Of a DNA stretch of 64,000 nucleotides, positions 48,290-61,909 are shown piece after piece. The stretch comes from Spongospora subterranea f. sp. subterranea. Lineage: Eukaryota. Made by a program: the position numbers and the translations under genes. The stretch is taken from the NCBI GenBank assembly GCA_049724395.1, contig JAUGWO010000040.1, positions 1-64,000 of the forward strand, written 5' to 3'. Numbering within the stretch: the first letter of the stretch is position 1; the number at the start of each line of letters is the position of its first letter. The notes under the pieces were generated by a model. It was not told the DNA's origin and made no database searches. It worked only from the letters and a program-made list of their open reading frames with translations.

Positions 48290-48760
48290 TTTTGGTATCA
48301 ACAAGACGTTTGAATTGGTTTTCGCGAAATTCAACTTGGCCTGGCATGCGTGAAATGGTAAAATCGTTTGTTAGATCATGCGAAGTTTGCGCCCGTTTCA
48401 AAGTTCCGCTCCGTAAACCGTCTATGTTATTACAACCGCTTCCGATTCCATCGCAACCTTGGACATTTATTTCCATGGGTTTCATTGTTAAACTTCCTAA
48501 ATCCGCCGGTTTTGACAGCATAATGGTGGAACGCCGTTTTCCACTCGTCGCCTTGACGACCTTTTTCTTCACGAAAAGAATCGGAGCCCTTGCTGGAGAG
48601 CACGAATTGGTAATGAACTTCTTCCGGAGGTTCTCGTCGATGAACTCTTTGAGCGCTTTTCGCTTCCCGTTCCGAAAGAGGGTAAATGGGCCCGAAAGGC
48701 GGGGTATTGCTTTTTCCAACTAAATCTGGCAATCGTAGGGCCTGCGAGGTGGTAATTTAT
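48290..48760. pseudogene. Short gypsy fragments: integrase (+) and RT N-terminus (-)
   Basis: TWPGMREMVKSFVRSCEVCAR...LQPLPIP on the plus strand; PPFGPIYPLS...FIDENLRK.FI...APILFVKKK on the minus strand. Confidence 0.8.
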
Positions 48761-49188
48761 CGGTTATGGCCTTGTCGAACACGTCCCCGTAATCCTGGTA
48801 CGCTTCAAGGAGAATTGCGGGCGGCGTCTCGTTTTCCTTGGCAAGGAACACGAGAATTAGGACAGACCCCGATCAGCACTTTTAAAACCTTCAGTTCGTT
48901 CAGGCTGGCATCGCTCTACCTCCATCACACCGAACTACGTTGACTCCTACTGCCAACATGGTCCCCACCAGATATACTATGTTCAAATTGCACCTGCAAA
49001 ACCAAACATCGCCGTCTGGTAGTAATCAGTCCTGGCCATCAGCAGGTTAAACCTTGGCTATTTTATTGGATATCCTCAACTTTTTTGATAAATTCAGCTT
49101 TGCGCCAAGCCATTGCTGGATCCGATTTCTGAACAATTATCGGACCAAATTATAGCTAACAGATGGTGTTCGTAATATAGACCAGAGC

Positions 49189-52100
49189 TGTTGACCAGAA
49201 TATTGGGAAGAAATGTATTATAATTGGTAGGATCATATTGGTACGGTAGTACGGGGGTAGAAGCGTTCATAACTTAATACTCCCCTTCGCTTTTAACCTT
49301 TGTCAGTATTATTATATCTGCATAATGGATGATTTAAATCTTTTGAATGCAGGTTCACTGATTGGTTTAGTGAATATGTCCGCCATCATATCTGTTGTTG
49401 GACAACAGATGAGTTCTATTTCCCTTTGTTGCACCTTTTCGCGAACGAAATGATATCGAACATCGATATGCTTGGATCGTTGGTTCGAGCAATTGTTCTT
49501 TTCGAGAAAAATAGCGCCCTGATTATCCTGGTATAGTGGAGTAATCATCGAATCTTTAAATTGATTTAACTCCTTCAGCAAATCGCGGAGCCAAATGATT
49601 TCCCTTGTGGCGTCGGCTTGCGGCCATATATTCCGCTTCAGTTGTTGAAAGTGCAATTGAATGTTGCTTTCTGGATTTCCATATAACGGGATTGCCTCCC
49701 ACTTGGATCAGTAGACCTGTGGTGGATCGTCGATCAAGAGTGTCCATCTCGTAATTGCTGTCGGCCCATCCTGTGATATCAGTTGAGCTCCCCTTGAACA
49801 CCAAGTCGTCATTCGGGGTCGTGTTCAGGTATTTGAGAATCCTTTGCGCCGCTTTCCATAGTGCTTTGGTTGGTTTCGACACATGCCTGCTGATATTGTT
49901 AACTGCAAATGCAATATCAGGACGTGTCCCGTAAGCGATGTAGGATAAACTTCCAATGATTTCGCGAATGGGATACTTATCAGTAATCTCCTCGTCGTCG
50001 TTTGGATCATAAATAGTTGTCATCGGTGTGGTGACTGGTTTGCAGTTTTCCTGCTTGAAACGCTGGATGACCTCTCTTATGTATTTTTCTTGCGATAGTC
50101 GGATCGTGCCATCTAAACAACGGATCTTCATACCGAGAAATGTATCGGCTTCCCCTAGGTCTTTCATCTTGAAAGATGACCGTAGTACTGCTGAAATCTT
50201 CGTAATTTCAGTGTCGTCGTCGCCTGTGATTAGCAGATCATCGACATAGATACCTATGATTGTCAATTGATTCTCCCGGGATTTGTACCAAATGCATGGT
50301 TCCTTGGTTGATTGCGCGAATTCACTTTCCCTTAACTTGCCAAACAGGGTCGTTTGCCATTCGCGACCGGCCTGCTTCAGACCGTATAAGGCTTTCTCTA
50401 GTAGACATACTTTATGTTCCTCGCCCTGCTTGAGGAATCCGTCCGGTTGGTATATGAAGATAGGATTAGTTAGAGGTGCATTTAGATATGCAGTTGTGAA
50501 ATCCTTCTGATAAATCTTCCTGTGGTTGGCGGCGGCAATTGATAAAATCGTTCGAAGCGATGTCTGCGCCAATATAGATGAAAAAGTTTCATCGTAGTCG
50601 ATTCCTTCTCTCTGTGCGAATCCTTTTGCCACAAATCGTGCCTTGAATCGTACCTTGCCATCAGGGTGTGTTTTCGACGTGAGCACCCATTTGCCTTTGA
50701 TCGGCTTGATGTGTGCAGGTTTATCTACGAGTGTCCACGTGTGATTGCGATGGTGTGCATCAATTTTTTCTTGAGCAGCTTGTCGCCATTTCGTTGCTTC
50801 CGGTGACTCCATCGCCTCTGCAAATGTGGTTGGTAGTCGAACTGCACGGTTAATTTCATAGACGAATTCGTCAATGATTTGAATGGGATTTTGGCTTTGC
50901 GGATGATTTTCGCTCGTGCTCCCTTCGTTGAATGTGACGTCGCGTCTGATGAGTACTTTCTTGTCTCTGACGCATTCTACAACGTATCCCTTTTGACAAT
51001 ATGGGCATCCTAAGAAAATACACTTTTCCGCTGTTGGATCAATACTAGTCCTAAATGAACTGTCAATGTGTGTCCAGGCAACGCATCCAAATGGGCGCAT
51101 GTTATCGACCGCAGGAACTTGATTTTTCCACAGTTCGTATGGCGTCTTCCAGTCTATGCGTTTTGTTGGCAATCTGTTCAGAGTGTCGACGGCGTATCTG
51201 ACTGCATGTGGCCAATAGTCGTCTGGTAAATCTGACTCTCTGAATATACAACGGGCCATCTGCATGATCGTCAGATTTCGTCGCTCGGCTTGACCATTTT
51301 GTTGTGGGGAATATGGCACAGTCTTCTGATGTTTAATTCCTTTCTGAAGAAGAAATGTGCTCATTTGCTCATTTACGTATTCTTTTCCTCCATCGGTTAA
51401 TAGAATAGCGAGCATTTCCGTGGTTTCTGCCTGTGCATCGGTATGGAATCTTCGCATCGCCTGTAGTACCTCGTCTGCTTCCTTCGTCTCCAAGAATGAG
51501 ACCCATGTCCAGGTAGAATACAGACAGTTGAACGTTATGTAATAGCGATAATTACCAGTTCCAGGTGTTACGAATGGTCCTTTAAGATCTGATGAGACCA
51601 TCTGATACCTTCGGGTTGGTTTGGTTCGCCGTTCTTCAGGAAATGCATGTCGTCGGGATTTGTTTTGCGCACAGATGTCGCAAAACAGCCGTTCGCTACC
51701 GGTAATTTCAATTCCGGTGGTCGATTTCTGTAGATTCTTCAGACGCTCGTCCGACGCATGTCCAAACCGCTTATGAGCGAGGTCCAGGCTGATCGTTGCG
51801 TTGACCTTTGCATGTGCTCCCTGCTCTGACGTGATATAGGCCATCATGCATCTTTGCGGTGAGGATCGTTTTTCCTTCTTTGCTCTCAATGTGCATGTCG
51901 TTTTTCATGACAATTCTATAGCCTTGTTGATTGATTGAATGCGCTGATATTACCGTATTCGTCATGTTCGGTGCGTAGAGTACATCCTTGATGGTGATTG
52001 GCGGTGATGTCTGGATGATCAAAATGCCCTTTCCATATGCCTTTGAGGCCTGTCCGTTGCACGCTTGGATCTGAACTGGTTGTTTAAGAGGTTCATAATT

Positions 52101-52810
52101 AATCAAGATGTTTTGATTGTTTGTGACTGAAACGTTGGCGCCACTGTCAATGATGTAGTCGAACGTGACTGCAGTGCCGACGCGCGAGATCCTGAATCCA
52201 TTGAATTTAACGCGGTGCGCATTGTTCGTTTTCGGTGAAGATTCATCATGGCTTTTTCGTCGGAGATGTGGATTCAACACCCAACACTTGTCTGTGTCAT
52301 GAGAAGTTGTCTTGCACTTCTTGCAATACTGCTTGGCTCTCAAGTAATTTTTGCTCTTGTGCTGGGCTTTCATTGTCTTCAAGTCAATCGCTGGCTCGTT
52401 CGGTATCTTTGCAAACTTGCCATGCTCGTGCTCTCGTTCTGTAGACAGTAAGAGGCTTGTCATTGAAGCAATTGTCCCTAGCTGTGATGCTCTCGCAGCT
52501 GGCTTGACTTGGTTGTACTCTGCTGGTAATCCCTGAAGTACTTTCGCACAGAGTGCTAGTTCTCCGATCTTGATCTCCAGTGTGATCATGTCGTGGTATA
52601 TTGAAACGAGTCGGTCCAGGTAAGCCTTCATCGTCTCGCTTGGCTGCTTTTGCGCCTCAATGAATTCGATGAATAAGGCTCCTGATTTCGCCTCTTTAGT
52701 TTCATCGTATGTGTCTTGGAGTGTTCTCCATAGTTGTGCTGTTGTTGCACAATGGCTGACCTGCTTATACTGCACCTGTGCCAGGCGCATGCTGATTTCG
52801 GCTAACGCTG
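49189..52810 (-). mobile_element. Ty1/Copia LTR retrotransposon, largely intact with two frameshifts, 5' truncated
   Basis: gag 51771-52790 (CKKC...H...C, IIDSGA); pol 49556-51889 (HKRFGH, SDLKGP, TDGGKEY, PQQNGQAER, FKARFVAKGF, LYGLKQ, YVDDLL, WADSN); RNase H end 49312-49656 (RSKHIDVRYH); PPT gcgaaggggag at ~49280-49290. Confidence 0.93.
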
Positions 52811-52849
52811 CGCGACTGGCTTGTTCTAACAGTTTGACAAGAATTCCCT

Positions 52850-53730
52850 CTTCTCGGTTTACCTACCGTCACTTCTCTCCTCTCGGTTTACGTACCGTCA
52901 CTTCTCTCCTCTCGTACTTCTCTCCTCCGTTTACGTACCGTCACTTCTCTCCTCTCGGTTTACGTACCGTCGTCACTTCTCTCTTCTCGGTTTACGTACC
53001 GTCACTTCTCTCCTCTCGGTTTACGTACCGTCACTTCTCTCTTCTCGGTTTACGTACCGTCACCGCCTCTCGGTTTACTACCGTCACTTCCGTCTCGGTT
53101 TACGTACCGTCACTTCTCTCTCGGTTTACGTACCGTCACTTCTCTCCTCTCGGTTTACGTACCGTCACTTCTCTCCTCTCGGTTTACGTACCGTCACTTC
53201 TCTCCTCTCGGTTTACGTACCGTCACTTCTCTCTCTCTCGGTTTACGTTTACCGTCACTTCTCTCTTCTCGGTTTACGTACCGTCACTTCTCTCTTCTCG
53301 GTTTACGTACCGTCACTTCTCTCTTCTCGGTTTACGTACCGTCACTTCTCTCTTCTCGGTTTACGTACCGTCACTTCTCTCTTCTCGGTTTACGTACCGT
53401 CACTTCTCTCTTCTCGGTTTACGTACCGTCACTTCTCTCTTCTCGGTTTACGTACCGTCACTTCTCTCTTCTCTCCTCTCACTTCTCTCCTCTCGGTTTA
53501 CGTACCGTCACTTCTCTCCTCTCTGTTTACGTACCGTCACTTCTCTCCTCTCGGTTTACGTACCGTCACTTCTCTCCTCTACGTCGGTTTTTACTTCTCT
53601 CTTCTCGGTTTACGTACCGTCACTTCTCTCTTCTCGGTTTACCGTCACTTCTCTCCTCTCGGTTTACGTACCACTTCTCTCTTCTCGGTTTACGTACCGT
53701 CACTTCTCTCCTCTCGGTTTACGTACCGCC
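52850..53730. repeat. 29-bp tandem array (cggtttacgtaccgtcacttctctcctct), ~30 copies, in a gypsy 5' leader
   Basis: Period 29 (53151, 53180). Ends ~15 nt before the gag ATG at 53746. Confidence 0.95.
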
Positions 53731-54713
53731 ACTTCGCCCCACAGCATGTCTAGCCGCGAGCGATCGGAGTCAGTTCCAGCTAGCCCGCACAACCATCGAG
53801 GTTTTCAGGTACCGACGGAGCATCCACAGTTCCGTCAGTCTGTTCAACCTCAACCTTTGTCGCCGGAGGTCCAGGCGGTATTACAGGCGGCACTTGCTCA
53901 GCAACAGCAACAGTTTCAACGACAGTTGCAGGAACTGTCGCAACACTACCAGCAACAGCAAATTGGTCAGCAGCCTCCTCAGCCAGAACCTAAGGTTCGC
54001 CTTCCGGATCCGTTTGACGGTTCCCGATGCGCCCTGCGAGGGTTCATAAACCAGATTTCAATGGTCATCAGTCGCAAACCCAGAACGTATGCGACCGATT
54101 CCGATAAGGTGATGCTGGTGGCAGACCTCCTGAAAGGGAACGCACTGCTGTGGTTCTCGCCGCTTTTCGAGCGACAAGACCCGATACTGCAAGATTTCCC
54201 TGGGTTCGTTCAAGCATTGCGCGCGAGGTTTGACGACCCGAATAAGTCCACGACGGCAGCCAGACGTTTGGAAATCCTGCGCCAGGGTCGCCGACCGGTT
54301 GCCACATACGCCAGCGAGTTCCAGCTGCTGGTGGAGGACGCAGATTGGGATGGGGCCGCGGCGCAGCATCAATTTCGAAAGGGTCTCAACGAGGAGGTGA
54401 AGGATCTACTCCTGACCTGCCCAGAAGCGCCCGATTTGAACGGGCTCATTGCGACTGCCATCAGATGCGATGACCGTCTTTTTGAACGCGAACAGGAACG
54501 ACGTGGTCGTGTTAGTTCGAATCCCCATCGTCATTCCAACGGGCCAGTTCACGACCCCATGTGCATCGATTCTGTAAGATCGACAGCCCGCCCTCGACTC
54601 GATGAGACGGAACGGGCACGGCGCCGCGACACCGGGTCGTGCATGTATTGCGGTGACGCCGACCATCCGATAGACGACTGCCCGGCTTTAGCGCAACGCA
54701 ACCGACGGTTGTC

Positions 54714-54756
54714 GGGAAACGCCCGTGGCTGATATCTTGCGGGCATATATCAGCCA
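54714..54756 (+). promoter_or_regulatory. Putative -1 programmed ribosomal frameshift signal (G GGA AAC + downstream stem-loop)
   Basis: In-phase heptamer at 54714-54720; stem tggctgatat (54726-54735) / atatcagcca (54747-54756); the -1 frame is open into the protease. Confidence 0.8.
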
Positions 54757-56329
54757 ATACACTACATTTTGTCAAAGCTCCCGTCTCTCCCTCACCATCA
54801 ATTTTCCCTTGTTCCCCAAAACCTCTCATTGTCGCATCAACTCACGTTAATAACGCACCGCGTAGATCGATTACACCTCGCGCGTGCGTATCCTGGCACG
54901 AAAACAGCCTCCCTAACGTGTCCTGCTTGATCGACAGTGGTGCATCAGCCTGTTTTATCGACGCCACATTCGCGATACGCAACAAGATCCCCCTGGTCCG
55001 TCTCCCCAATCCCCTCCCAGTCGAAGTTATCGATGGTCGTCAACTCGATCCAATTACCCAAGTAACGCTACCATTACGATTGGATCTTGCCGGTTTCGAA
55101 TCACTTACGAGTTTTTATGTCATTTCCCGTGCTCACTATCCTCTCATAATTGGTATGTCATGGCTTGACCAGCAGAACCCGCATATTGATTGGCGAGCTC
55201 ACACCATTACTCCACGCCACCACGACTCCACAGAATACGATACTCCAGCCCCTTTTGACTCCCCAGGCCAGCAAACCCTATATTCGACGTACTTGAGCTC
55301 CAAGGCGAATGCCGTCGCAACACCAAACATCACCCTCCCCCAAAAGTACGTTGGTTTTAGCGACGTTTTCAAGAAAAAAAACGCTGACCAACTGCCCCCT
55401 CATCGCCCATACGATTGCGCTATCAACTTCAAGGAGGAAATTGGACCACTGCCATACAAAAAGGTTTACAAACTCGGCCAGATCGAACAAGAAGTTTTGC
55501 GACAATACATCGAAGACAACCTCAGGAAAGGATTCATTCGCCACTCCAAATCACCGTTAGGATCACCAATACTGTTTGTAAAGAAGAAGGATAACAGCCT
55601 CCGACTGTGCGTCGACTACCGCGATGTCAACAATATAACCAAGAGCCATATCCTATTCCTGCTATCCAAAATATTCTGGCCCAACTGTCGTCTGCCAAGA
55701 TCTTTACCAAGATCCATTTACGAGGCGCTTACAATCTCCTTAGGATCAAGGAAGGCGACGAATGGAAGACGGCATGGTGCTGCAAATATGGCTATTTCGA
55801 ATATACGGTAATGCCGTTTGGTCTAATGAACGCTCCCGGCTATTTTCAAAGATTTATGAACGACGTCCTCCGGGAATACCTCGACCAATTTGTGGTTGTT
55901 TACCTCGACGACATCTTGATCTACTCGAACAACGCGCTGCAGCACGACGTTAATGTTCGACTAGTACTGACCAAGTTGCGTTCAGCAGGTTTATTTGCAA
56001 AACTCGAAAAATGCGTGTTCGACGCTCAGGAAGTCGAATTCCTCGGGTATCTGGTCACCGACAGCAGCATCAAGATGGACCCAAGCAAGGTGGAGACTAT
56101 CCTTGACTGGGCGACTCCAGCGACAGCTAAGGACGTCCAAAGTTTCTTAGGCTTTGCTAACTTCTACAGGGAGTTCATCGTTGACTTCGCCAAAATATCT
56201 TCACCTTTGACGGCGCTGACGAGAAAAAACCACCCATTTACTTGGTCGAGCGCGGCCGAGTCAGCGTTCGTGACCCTGAAAACGAGGTTCACCACGGCGC
56301 CTGTTATGAAACAGGCATCTACCGATCAT

Positions 56330-56768
56330 ATTCCGGGTCGCGCTGGGGGCCGCTGCAGCACGACGTTGTGTTGTTGGACATGAGTTCGAAACCCCATCTC
56401 ACAGCCACAACTCGATGGAATTGCATCCAATCGCGTTCTACTCAAGGAAGTTGGCGGCGCCGGAACGGAAAAGTAGACGTGAGCGCGCAATGAGTTGCTG
56501 CGGAGTTCGTTAGGTCTTTTGACAACGTGGCCTCTAATGAATGTGGGAGAGCACAGTAAACTCGGAAACTCTGGATAGGCAATGTAATCAGGGCGTCCCA
56601 TTCGGTGTGGTCAGGACAGATTATGTTGCTGAATCCAGCTGGTCTAATAGGTTCCTTCATTGGATACCCAAGCTACTTGTAGCGGCCAGGCGGAGTAGGG
56701 AAAGCCATACACAGGCTTACTCAACCCATAAGAACCCGCGATCCTTTGTATACCATACCATACCATAC
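56330..56768 (+). mobile_element. tRNA-head SINE with (ATACC)n tail, mosaic with gypsy RNase H sequence
   Basis: B-box-like gagttcgaaacccc at 56382-56395; tail at 56750-56768; inverted copy at 63633-64000. Confidence 0.75.
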
Positions 56769-57789
56769 AGCACGAAATTACGGTATACAGCGATCATAAG
56801 AACTTGATTTAGTTTACATCATCCAAAACTCTCAATCGTCGCCAAGCACGCTGGTCAGTGCGACTCGCGGAATATCAGTTCGTCATTGTGCATCGACCTG
56901 GTAGCCTATCTGGAAAACCCGACGCGTTGTCGCGACGCCCAGAATACGAGATCAAACCAATGGACCCTAGCTGGAGTTTTCAGCGTACATCCATTTTGAA
57001 GCGTGATCAGCGCTGCCTCGACCCGATCATCTTCCGCTGCCATCGAAAAAATCAGGTGCTGCAAGACCATATCGAGACTGCCCTTGGAAAACTTTCGGCT
57101 ACATGACGAATTTCTGTACGAGAATCAATTGCTTGTTGTGAGTTGTGACAGGGAAGGACGATCCGCTCGGCGCGCGTCAAGATGTGTGGTTACAGAATGA
57201 CAGGAGCGGGTCAACCCTATCTTTTTGCAGTTAAAGCGACGCGCGATCCAAAATGCGACAGCGCCAATGCGAGAACGAGGCGATGAGGAGCACACATTAC
57301 TGGTTTACTCGGCCACAACCACAATCATTCGCATATGATTAACTGGCGCGAGCCCAAAACGCTCTCCATGTCCATCAACCAATACAAAGCGCCGCTAATC
57401 TATCGCTTAAATGTGGTTAATAGATTGGGCATTATTGTTTGCAGAAGATTTTTTCGAATAGGACTTAGGAGCAAACATAACACACTTTCTAATAAAACCG
57501 TATTTTAGGATTTGTTTCAAGAAAATTCGACTATGAATTTTGGGAATCTACACAACTTCAAGATTCGAACCGCTAGTCACGAAAGTCTGCTTGTCACATA
57601 GTCATGTACATTCGAGGGACTTGATATCAATCACAATTCCTAACCAGAAACCGAGTCGCCAATCAGTCAGATATTCAGAAATAGTCATTATGACAGTCCA
57701 TAGGGCAAAAAAGTCGACAATTGTCAAGCAAAGTTTTCGAAAAGTCGCAAATTGTCAAGACGAGTATGAGGCCGTGAGCTTCTAGTGAG

Positions 57790-60700
57790 ATCAACTCCAC
57801 AGTGGAAGGGTTTGGACATGATCCACTACTTGGAACTCGCAAATCATGCCGAACGTGGAATCCATAATTCGCGTAGAAAGGAGACATTCCAGTTGAAGAA
57901 TGGAAAGAATTGTTGTACGCGAATTCAGCCATGGGTAGAATATCCACCCAGTCGTTTTGACGATAGCTAATAAAACAACGCAAGTATGATTCGAGAACCT
58001 GATTTACTCGCTCTGTTTGACCGTCTGATTCAGGATGACGTGACGAGGAGAGATTCCGTTGAATATGTAAGGACTTCAGAAGATGCTTCCAGAATTGGGC
58101 AACGAACTGGGGCCCTCTATCAGACACAATATCAGTCGGAAGACCGTGTAACTTAAAAATGTTGGCGAAAACTAGATTAGCCAGATCACAACTGGTAATG
58201 GTTTCATTGCATGGGATGAAATGAGCCATTTTTGTGTATCGGTCAACCACCACCAGTATGCTGTCAAAACCTGCGGATTTAGGAAGTTTAACAATGAAAT
58301 CCATAGAAATTGATGACCATGGGTGAGAGGGAATGGGAAGCGGGAGTAATAAACCCGAGGGCTTGCGGCGAGGAACTTTCGAACGCGCACAGACGTCACA
58401 AGATCGAACGAAAGACTTGACCATCGAGCGCATGCCTGGCCACGTAAACTGCCTGGCAATTAACTCATACGTCTTAGTGATGCCGAAATGACCAGCTAAC
58501 GGAGAATCATGGCAAGAGGATAGAATTTGTAATTGCTTTGTTTTGTCGTCGACGCGCTCAGGTTCCAATGGGCACAGAGTCATCGCATTGACGAAGCGCG
58601 AATTTGGCAATACGGGTTGTTGAAGATTGCGATCGGAACTCTCAGCAAAGTCAGGGCGACGTGACAATGCATCTGGCTTTTGAGAAAGGGACCCTGGCCG
58701 ATGGCGAATGACAAAATCAAATTCTGACAGAAATAATGACCATCGCGCTTGGCGACGATTCAACAGCTTTGACGTCATAAACCACTCGAGATTCTTATGG
58801 TCGCTCAATACCAGTATTTGAGAAGTAGCACCATCCAGATAGTGGCGCCAGGTTTGAAAGGAAGTGACAATTGACAACAATTCCTTGTCGTAAATCTCAT
58901 AATTTAACTCAGCAGGAGTGAATTTACGGGAGTAGTAAGCTACAGGATGTAAGCCATCTGAGTGCTGTTGAGACAATATAGCGCCCAGAGCAAAATCAGA
59001 TGCATCGGCTTCAACTACAATGTCCAACGTGGGATCAAAATGGCGTAGAACTGGCGCCGAGACGAACGCAGACTTCAAAGATTGAAATGACGTTGCGGTA
59101 TTGGAACTCCACTCATAAGGAACGTTCTTCTTAGTTAATGAGAATAAAGGATGAGTAATGCGAGAATAATTTTGGATAAAAGCGCGGTAGAAATTTGCGA
59201 ACCCCAAGAACGACTGAAGTTCCTTGACTGACTGAGGAACTGGCCACGACCGGATGGCAGATATACGCTCTGGATCCATCAATAACCCGCCAGATGACAA
59301 GCGGAACCCCAGAAAATCAATCTCAGTAACGTGAAAATCACATTTACTAAGTTTGGCAAACAGGTTGTGCTTGCGAAGAATCCGGAGAACCGTTTGAACA
59401 TGTTGAACATGTTCGTCGATGTTGGGGGAAAATATCAAGATGTCGTCTAAGTACACAACAACGAATCGATCACTGCAATCATGTAGAATGTCATTCATAA
59501 ATCGTTGGAAACAAGCAGGTGCATTGGCTAAACCAAAAGGCATCACCAGGTACTCAAACAGACCGAATTTTGTCCGAAAGGCTGTCTTCCATTCGTCGCC
59601 TTCTCTGATGCGAACGAGGTTATATGCATTTCGAAGGTCAATTTTAGAAAACACTCTTCCGGATTGAACACTGGACAAAATAGCGCTGATAAGGGGAAGG
59701 GGGTACCGATTCTTGATAGTAATGGAATTGATTCGCCGATAATCAACACATAACCGAAGAGACTTGTCCTTCTTCTCGACAAACATTACCGGCGAACTGC
59801 AAGAAGAAGATGAGGGCCGAATAAATCCTTTACGTAGATTATCGTCAATGTACTCGCGCAGAGCAGCGGTTTCGGGAATGGACAGCTGATAAATTGGACC
59901 GAACGGAGGCAGTGAACCAGGCTCCAGATCGATCGAGCAATCATACGTGCGATGTGGCGGGAGCGAATCTGCTTGTTTGTCATCGAAAACGTCGGAGAAT
60001 TGGATGTATGAATCCGACAGCATAGAAGCGGATGAGATGGAAGGTACGGATTCTGAGGTGACGGCTGTTTCGGAGGTGTTGACGGTCTGTGTCGCGAGTG
60101 AATGCACAACACACGGAAATCGAAGGGAGCGGGATATCCAATCGACAGTTGGATTGTGTTTCACCAACCACGAATAGCCTAGAAGAATAGGGAATGTTAA
60201 GTTGTTGACAATCAGGAAGGAAGTGTTGCAGGAGAACCCATCCACTTGCAGACGGATGGTTTCCGATTCTTTACCAATCTCAACCTGATGGCGATGAAAC
60301 TGAGACTGTTATGGGCGTGTGAGTAGGTTGGATAGGTATATTGTGTTTGGTACGAATGCGGCGTTAAATTTGTGCAAGCCCCGCTATCCAATAACAGATC
60401 AGTACTACTGTGAATCGCAACACCGTCTGGAGACAAAATGGAGAACGGAAACGTACAAGCCGACGAAAACCGAGCGTAAATCGAATTTGAAGCGTTGTAT
60501 TGGTCTTTCCGTGCTATCGCAGGACAATGCTCAATCGAATGAGAGCCTCCACAGTAAGGGCACAACCCGAGGCGCCGTCGACGATTTTTCTCTTCATCTG
60601 TAATGGGACCGCGTGGACCGCTTCGTTGCTGTTGAGGGGTGTGGGACTGGGCCGGATGGTGTTGGGTCGGAAGGGGAGGATGGGATGGGGGGCCGGTTCG

Positions 60701-61895
60701 AATGGCTTCCATCTTTGAGTTGAACGACGTCGCGGTGGTCACTAGTTGGTCCAAGGACACGAACGGGTTTCCCGTACCTTCCGACAATATGAGCATCCTT
60801 TGGAGATCATGACGAAGTCCTTGCCGGAATTGGTGAATCAGCGTCGATTGAGTCCAGTCAACGTCTTGCGACAGTAACCGGAAATCATTGCAGTATTTTC
60901 CAAGGTCAGATCCCATCCTCAGCCTGCGCAGGGAATCAGCAGCTTTGCCAGCCCGGTCGGGATCGTCAAAGGCAATGGTGAATGCCGTGATGAATGAATT
61001 GAGATCGGTCAGTATGGGGCCAGGAGCTCCATAAAACGGTGTCAGCCAGGCCCGTGCTTACCCGGTAAGCAACGAGCAGATTAACGCAATACGTTGAGTG
61101 TCGTTGGAATATGTCAGCGGCTGTGCCGTTAGAAACTGTTGCACTTGGCCTAACCAATGCCGAAATATGACTCTATCTCCTGCGTAAGCTTCTGGCATTT
61201 TCAGCTTGGGATCCTTTCCCTGAGGGAGCAATGGGGTAGGAATTGAGGACTGGGGCTGGGTGTCTTCGGCGGGACTGGCGAGGATTGAAGAAGGTGATGT
61301 CGCTGTCGCCAGGAATGTGGAGAGTTGATCGACTAGTTGATTGAACCTGTCGTTTGTTGACCGCTGATAGGTATTAAGTTGTTCCCGCGATTCTGCCAGT
61401 TGTCGTGCAACTTCCGCGAGCTGCTCTGCGGTGGTGGTCTGCCGAGTTGTAATCGTGTCCCCATTCGTCATGGCGGATCGTCGGATTTGCGGTAAAGAGG
61501 GTGTCACGTTCGAGAGAGGTTAAGTTAGCTGTTAGTTAGGTGAGAGGAGAGGCAGAGAGGTTAGCGACAAAAGTTAGAGGTGGTAAGTTATAGAAATATA
61601 GAGATGGTAGTTAGAGAGAGGAAGAGAGTGGGCAATAGAGAGGGAGAGGTTAAGTGAGTATAGGGAGGTGGAGAGGTGAAGTTAGCTGTTAGTTAGGGGA
61701 GAGGGAGGAGAGGGGTTAGCGACAGAAGGTTCGGACAAACTGTCAGGAATGTTAATACAAACGATGTTAATAGTAAACGACGTTGTCCGAACTGAGCATT
61801 TGCCCAGTTCGGACGGTACGCTTCAATCGTTTATTATTAACGATATACGTTGTCAGTAGTATGGTCGGTAGTACGGTCGTCGTACGGTCGTGACA
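57790..61895 (-). mobile_element. Ty3/gypsy (Tf-like) element: 5' LTR, gag-protease, long RT-RNase H-integrase ORF, 3' truncated
   Basis: ORF 57675-60245 (YLDD, DASD, HDSPLAGHFG, SDRGPQF, DGQTER); gag pieces with CPYCGGSHSIEHC and LLDSGA; TGTCA...TGACA LTR at 61741-61895. Confidence 0.93.
61741..61895 (-). repeat. Probable 5' LTR (155 bp)
   Basis: Terminal inverted tgtca/tgaca; lies upstream of the pyrimidine-rich leader and gag on the minus strand. Confidence 0.65.
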
Positions 61896-61909
61896 AACCA
61901 GGACCACCT

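Larger units (their letters stand above)
52815..57140 (+). mobile_element. Ty3/gypsy (Tf/sushi-like) element: gag 53746-54732, pol in the -1 frame; RNase H disrupted by a SINE
   Basis: [85 protein letters not shown]. Confidence 0.92.

Noticed and set aside
52660..53745. N-terminal 360 aa of the 690-aa ORF
   Set aside because: Read-through of Copia antisense sequence and the 29-bp array; gag most plausibly starts at ATG 53746.
56374..56400. tRNA gene suggested by a GTTCGAA motif
   Set aside because: No cloverleaf; the motif is the B-box-like head of a repeated SINE.
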